Shown here one piece after another: positions 60,874 to 64,000 of a stretch of DNA of 64,000 nucleotides (the first letter of the stretch is position 1; each line of letters begins with the position of its first letter). Location: assembly GCA_000004985.1 (NCBI GenBank), contig GG738891.1; one strand, written 5' to 3'. Below the pieces are notes generated by a model that did no database searches, was not told the origin of the DNA, and worked only from the letters and a program-made list of their open reading frames with translations. The translations under genes were made by a program, and so were the position numbers. The DNA is from Naegleria gruberi. Its lineage: Eukaryota.

Positions 60874-61506
60874 ATGGCAAAATTACTCCTCGCTCTACTA
60901 ATCATTGTAATCTCCCTAGTAGCTTTATTAAGCGTGGATAATGTTGTGGAGGCAATTGTTTGCCAACAAAATTTTGAATATCCATTGTATAAACAATGCG
61001 GCCAGCCATGGTCTAATGACTTGTTTGGTCGTAGCTCTATTTGTTATACTGGATCTTTGATTACATCAATGAGCATGGCTTTGAACGGTCGGAAGATATC
61101 TTCCATGAATCCTGGTCAATTAAATTCTTGGGCACATACAGCTCTTAAAGAATGGTTTGATAAGTGGAATGATGATGATAGAGCATTGGAAAATGCCTTA
61201 GTACATGGCTTGGAAAAGCTTGGCATGAAAAACACTAATTACTATCCGAATAATAATTGGATTGGAGAGATGGTTACTGATCTTTGCAAGGGAAAGGTTG
61301 TTCTTTTACAGGTTGCCAAAGATGACTATAACAAATACTGGACTCTGGCCACTGGTTTTGATGAGACAACATTCACTGTTAATAATCCAGCCTATTCCAA
61401 GACAGTTTTTAATGCAATGGAAGTTAAGAGTGCTGTTGTTTTCGAACAAATCAATCAAGAATTCATGAAATATTTTGATTGTCATGTTGAAATAGTTAAA
61501 TTGTAA
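60874..61506 (+). CDS. Small secreted protein of about 210 aa with a putative papain-fold (C39-like?) peptidase-like core.
   Basis: aaaaaaaATGgca start. Signal peptide MAKLLLALLIIVISLVALLSVDNVVEA. The motif Q-CGQPW...SSICYTGSLITSMSMAL loosely resembles the Cys-motif of the 7529 gene (SCGATSLQMAL). The His motif is not evident. Confidence 0.35.
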   Translation: MAKLLLALLIIVISLVALLSVDNVVEAIVCQQNFEYPLYKQCGQPWSNDLFGRSSICYTGSLITSMSMALNGRKISSMNPGQLNSWAHTALKEWFDKWNDDDRALENALVHGLEKLGMKNTNYYPNNNWIGEMVTDLCKGKVVLLQVAKDDYNKYWTLATGFDETTFTVNNPAYSKTVFNAMEVKSAVVFEQINQEFMKYFDCHVEIVKL

Positions 61507-61524
61507 TGAATCAATTAATAAAAA

Positions 61525-63675
61525 ATGTATCAACATGTAAATGTTGTCACTATACCATCAAGAGAACCTAAACTCAATATGAGAGAATTATTGGAAAGGC
61601 TGAATAAATCGGAAGAATATTTACTAACCAATCAAATTGATCAATATGTGAATATCAGATACAATAATTGTGATCCTATCATTCAGGATTTAATTATTAA
61701 TGATTTGAAAACAAACAATAGCACCTACCAGCAGCAGCAACAGAATATTAAATTAAATATTAAATTATTAACAAATTGTTTGGATGAGAATATAATTTAT
61801 GAAATTATTCAATTCATTCCGACTTATTCTAGGATTCATGATCAATTGAATAATGATGACAATGATGATGATGGATCGGAATTTAATTTTGCAGACTATG
61901 TGATGGATGATACGTTAGTAACACTTCACAAGATGAGATTGATTAACAAGACTTTTAATTCAATCATGATGAAGAGAATTCTAACACTTTCAAAGATTAG
62001 AATTGATTTGACCGTAAATTATAGGAATTCAAGAGATTCCTTTATCAAATTACTTGATTCTCAGGAATTGTACAAGGAAAACATGATGTCAGATAAGAAT
62101 TTCACTTTAGGATACTCATTCGATAGCTTAGTGGATGGAGGGTGGGAAAATAAAAAGCCCCTTACTCTAGTTTCTTCCAATATGGAATACAAGGAAGCTG
62201 TGTATTCAATATACCATTCAGAGAAAATACGTACGCTTGAAGCATTGAGAAAACATACTTATCGATCAACAACTTGGAATACCACAGTTGAAGAATTGAC
62301 AATTTGCACTGAGGATTCAGATATGGAATTTATGTTGTCATGTAAAAAATTGAGAAAGTTGAACATTTTGACAACTGTAATGCCAAAGTTGACTACCCAT
62401 CAATTCGATGTATTGGAAGAGGTGGAAATTATTGAACCTTCCCATGATTCAGTAGTTAATAATGGCAGAACATTTAGAATGTTAATCAATTTACCGAATA
62501 TCAAATCATTGACGCTTTTCTTGGTTGAATCAGATGAAGATGCCTATTACAAGCTAATGGTTTTCTTTCTTTCTCTGAACTTTGGAATTAATTTCAAATT
62601 TTATGAAATTGTGGAGAATGGAGAAAAAAGAGAACTAGATGTGAAGGAGTTATCAACTCGTGAGGAAACAGGACGAGTAGTCGTGATCAATTTCAATTCT
62701 GTAATATCAAACCCCAGCAGAAAAGTATTGAAAGAGCTTATTGAGCGATATGGTTCCAAATTCGAAACCTACCTACCAAGAATTATCTTCACTTCAGAAA
62801 CTGACAAGACATCTACCATAGAGAAATTCAGAGAAATAGCAGGTGATTTTCTAAAAGAGGGAATATTTCACATCTGTCACACGAATTCTCTGAAAATGTT
62901 TAAATCTTGCAATGTGGATCCAAAGACTGCTTTGATGTTGCAACATGTAGTTTATTCTTGCAATGAGTATCAAGAATCGAAACTTATTTCCTATCGTCCT
63001 TTTAACAAGGAAGACTTTCCAATATTTTTAGAGGCAATTCATTACGGATTGGATTTTAGAAAACAAATCAAGGAAATTATGAATATTTATTGTTCTATGG
63101 ATGATGTTTCTGGAATAGGCTCAACCCTACATTATTTGAATGTGGATTACAAAGTTATTTATTCCATGCTTCACAATATTACTAAAGTTATTATGAAACT
63201 CAATCAGTTTTCCAAAGGAATTGAGATATTGATTAGCTACATGCTCAAGAATAATCCAAAACTACTATTCGAATGGTTAAAAGAAAAGAAGGCGATTTCA
63301 AAGTCTGAAATATGGCACATTCCTTTTCTTGCAAGCTTATTTTCCACAAATATTAATCCATATTTCGTAAGACTATTAATTGATGAAATGGATAAGGAAA
63401 TATTTGAATGGGTAAATGAGAGAGGAGATTCAATTCTTCATTTATTCATCTTTTTAACAAAATCATTCAATTATGAGATATTCCTTGCAATTATCAAGAA
63501 GAATCCCAATTTATTGAACCTGTCCAATCACAAAAACGAAACTCCTCTCCAACTTTTACTGCTTCGACAAAAAGATAACGCCTACTCACTTCTTTTTGAA
63601 ACAGCAAGATTAACAGGACTTGAGATTAAAAACTTGGGAGGTAATACTTTTGATATGGACTTTACGTTCAAATAA
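61525..63675 (+). CDS. Hypothetical 716-aa protein with C-terminal ankyrin-like repeats.
   Basis: aaaaaATGtat start. Single ORF. NERGDSILHLF...NHKNETPLQLLLL are ankyrin-type motifs. The central region has LRR/F-box-like periodicity. Confidence 0.5.
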   Translation: MYQHVNVVTIPSREPKLNMRELLERLNKSEEYLLTNQIDQYVNIRYNNCDPIIQDLIINDLKTNNSTYQQQQQNIKLNIKLLTNCLDENIIYEIIQFIPTYSRIHDQLNNDDNDDDGSEFNFADYVMDDTLVTLHKMRLINKTFNSIMMKRILTLSKIRIDLTVNYRNSRDSFIKLLDSQELYKENMMSDKNFTLGYSFDSLVDGGWENKKPLTLVSSNMEYKEAVYSIYHSEKIRTLEALRKHTYRSTTWNTTVEELTICTEDSDMEFMLSCKKLRKLNILTTVMPKLTTHQFDVLEEVEIIEPSHDSVVNNGRTFRMLINLPNIKSLTLFLVESDEDAYYKLMVFFLSLNFGINFKFYEIVENGEKRELDVKELSTREETGRVVVINFNSVISNPSRKVLKELIERYGSKFETYLPRIIFTSETDKTSTIEKFREIAGDFLKEGIFHICHTNSLKMFKSCNVDPKTALMLQHVVYSCNEYQESKLISYRPFNKEDFPIFLEAIHYGLDFRKQIKEIMNIYCSMDDVSGIGSTLHYLNVDYKVIYSMLHNITKVIMKLNQFSKGIEILISYMLKNNPKLLFEWLKEKKAISKSEIWHIPFLASLFSTNINPYFVRLLIDEMDKEIFEWVNERGDSILHLFIFLTKSFNYEIFLAIIKKNPNLLNLSNHKNETPLQLLLLRQKDNAYSLLFETARLTGLEIKNLGGNTFDMDFTFK

Positions 63676-63690
63676 AGTTGTTTATTCAAG

Positions 63691-63966
63691 TTAAAAGAGA
63701 ATGAGTGGAGCAATTGCAAACCAATTACCAACAACTGTAAATGCAACAGCCCATAAAATTCCATTCAATAAAACAGTATTATATTCTGATTGATTCCACA
63801 AACTATTGTACAATTGGAGTGGTTGGTCGTGATTCTTTTTGTGAGTTCTGTCAGATAAAAAGTTGCAAAGGTTTTTCTGATATGTGGAATAGTAGATTGA
63901 ATAGGCAAAAAGGGTAGCTCCTCTGAAAACTGCTTTTGGTATTGTGATACCTCTTTGATGTTTCAA
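63691..63966 (-). CDS. Possible 3' part of a membrane-protein gene (C-terminal AVAFTVVGNWFAIAPLILF). The start is uncertain.
   Basis: Track ORF only, near the window end. Confidence 0.2.
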   Translation of the reverse strand: MKHQRGITIPKAVFRGATLFAYSIYYSTYQKNLCNFLSDRTHKKNHDQPLQLYNSLWNQSEYNTVLLNGILWAVAFTVVGNWFAIAPLILF

Positions 63967-64000
63967 ATGGAGATAGCAAACAAAACTGACGAGTGCTGAT

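Noticed and set aside
1-64000. Prokaryotic interpretations (operons, defence islands, CRISPR, rRNA).
   Set aside because: Spliceosomal introns, eukaryotic tRNAs, profilin, Yip1 and RGS genes, and the low-complexity proteins show this is eukaryotic nuclear DNA. No direct-repeat/spacer arrays or rRNA-like segments were seen.

Overview
The window is eukaryotic, AT-rich (roughly 30% GC by eye) nuclear DNA containing two assembly gaps (N-runs 1977-2026 and 5310-6244). It has the look of an amoebozoan or dictyostelid-like protist. That is inferred from composition and gene structure alone: A-rich AAAATG start contexts, N/Q/S-rich low-complexity tracts, and very short introns (about 45-110 nt, one about 255; GTAAGT/GTATGT/GTACGT donors and AG acceptors). 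There are no prokaryotic-style operons, no CRISPR array and no rRNA. The ORF track uses alternative start codons (TTG/GTG are translated as M), so many listed starts were moved to the first plausible ATG. Supported content, in order: a two-exon vWA-domain gene (-); a TIR DNA transposon with subterminal GACG repeats spanning the large gap; a GC-rich 264-bp insertion bracketed by 17-bp direct repeats directly upstream of a C39-like peptidase gene (+); a three-exon EF-hand plus fascin-like beta-trefoil gene; a RING-BTB(T1)-pentapeptide gene followed in frame by a disrupted TLDc segment; a foldback inverted-repeat element; a 19.4-kb single-exon ORF (-) for a 6474-aa type I membrane protein with over 100 tenascin-type EGF repeats and five repeated roughly 230-aa modules; tRNA-Arg(ACG) and tRNA-Leu(CAA); a glutathione S-transferase; a recent tandem pair of 7TM-RGS genes; a metallophosphoesterase; profilin; an inverted segmental duplication carrying a profilin 3' fragment; an EcKinase/choline-kinase-like gene (fragmented); a three-exon Yip1 gene; an atypical SDR gene; and several hypothetical proteins. 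The most notable items are the EGF megaprotein, the 7TM-RGS pair, the mobile element with its adjacent GC-rich insertion, and the bacterial-type C39-like peptidase domains.
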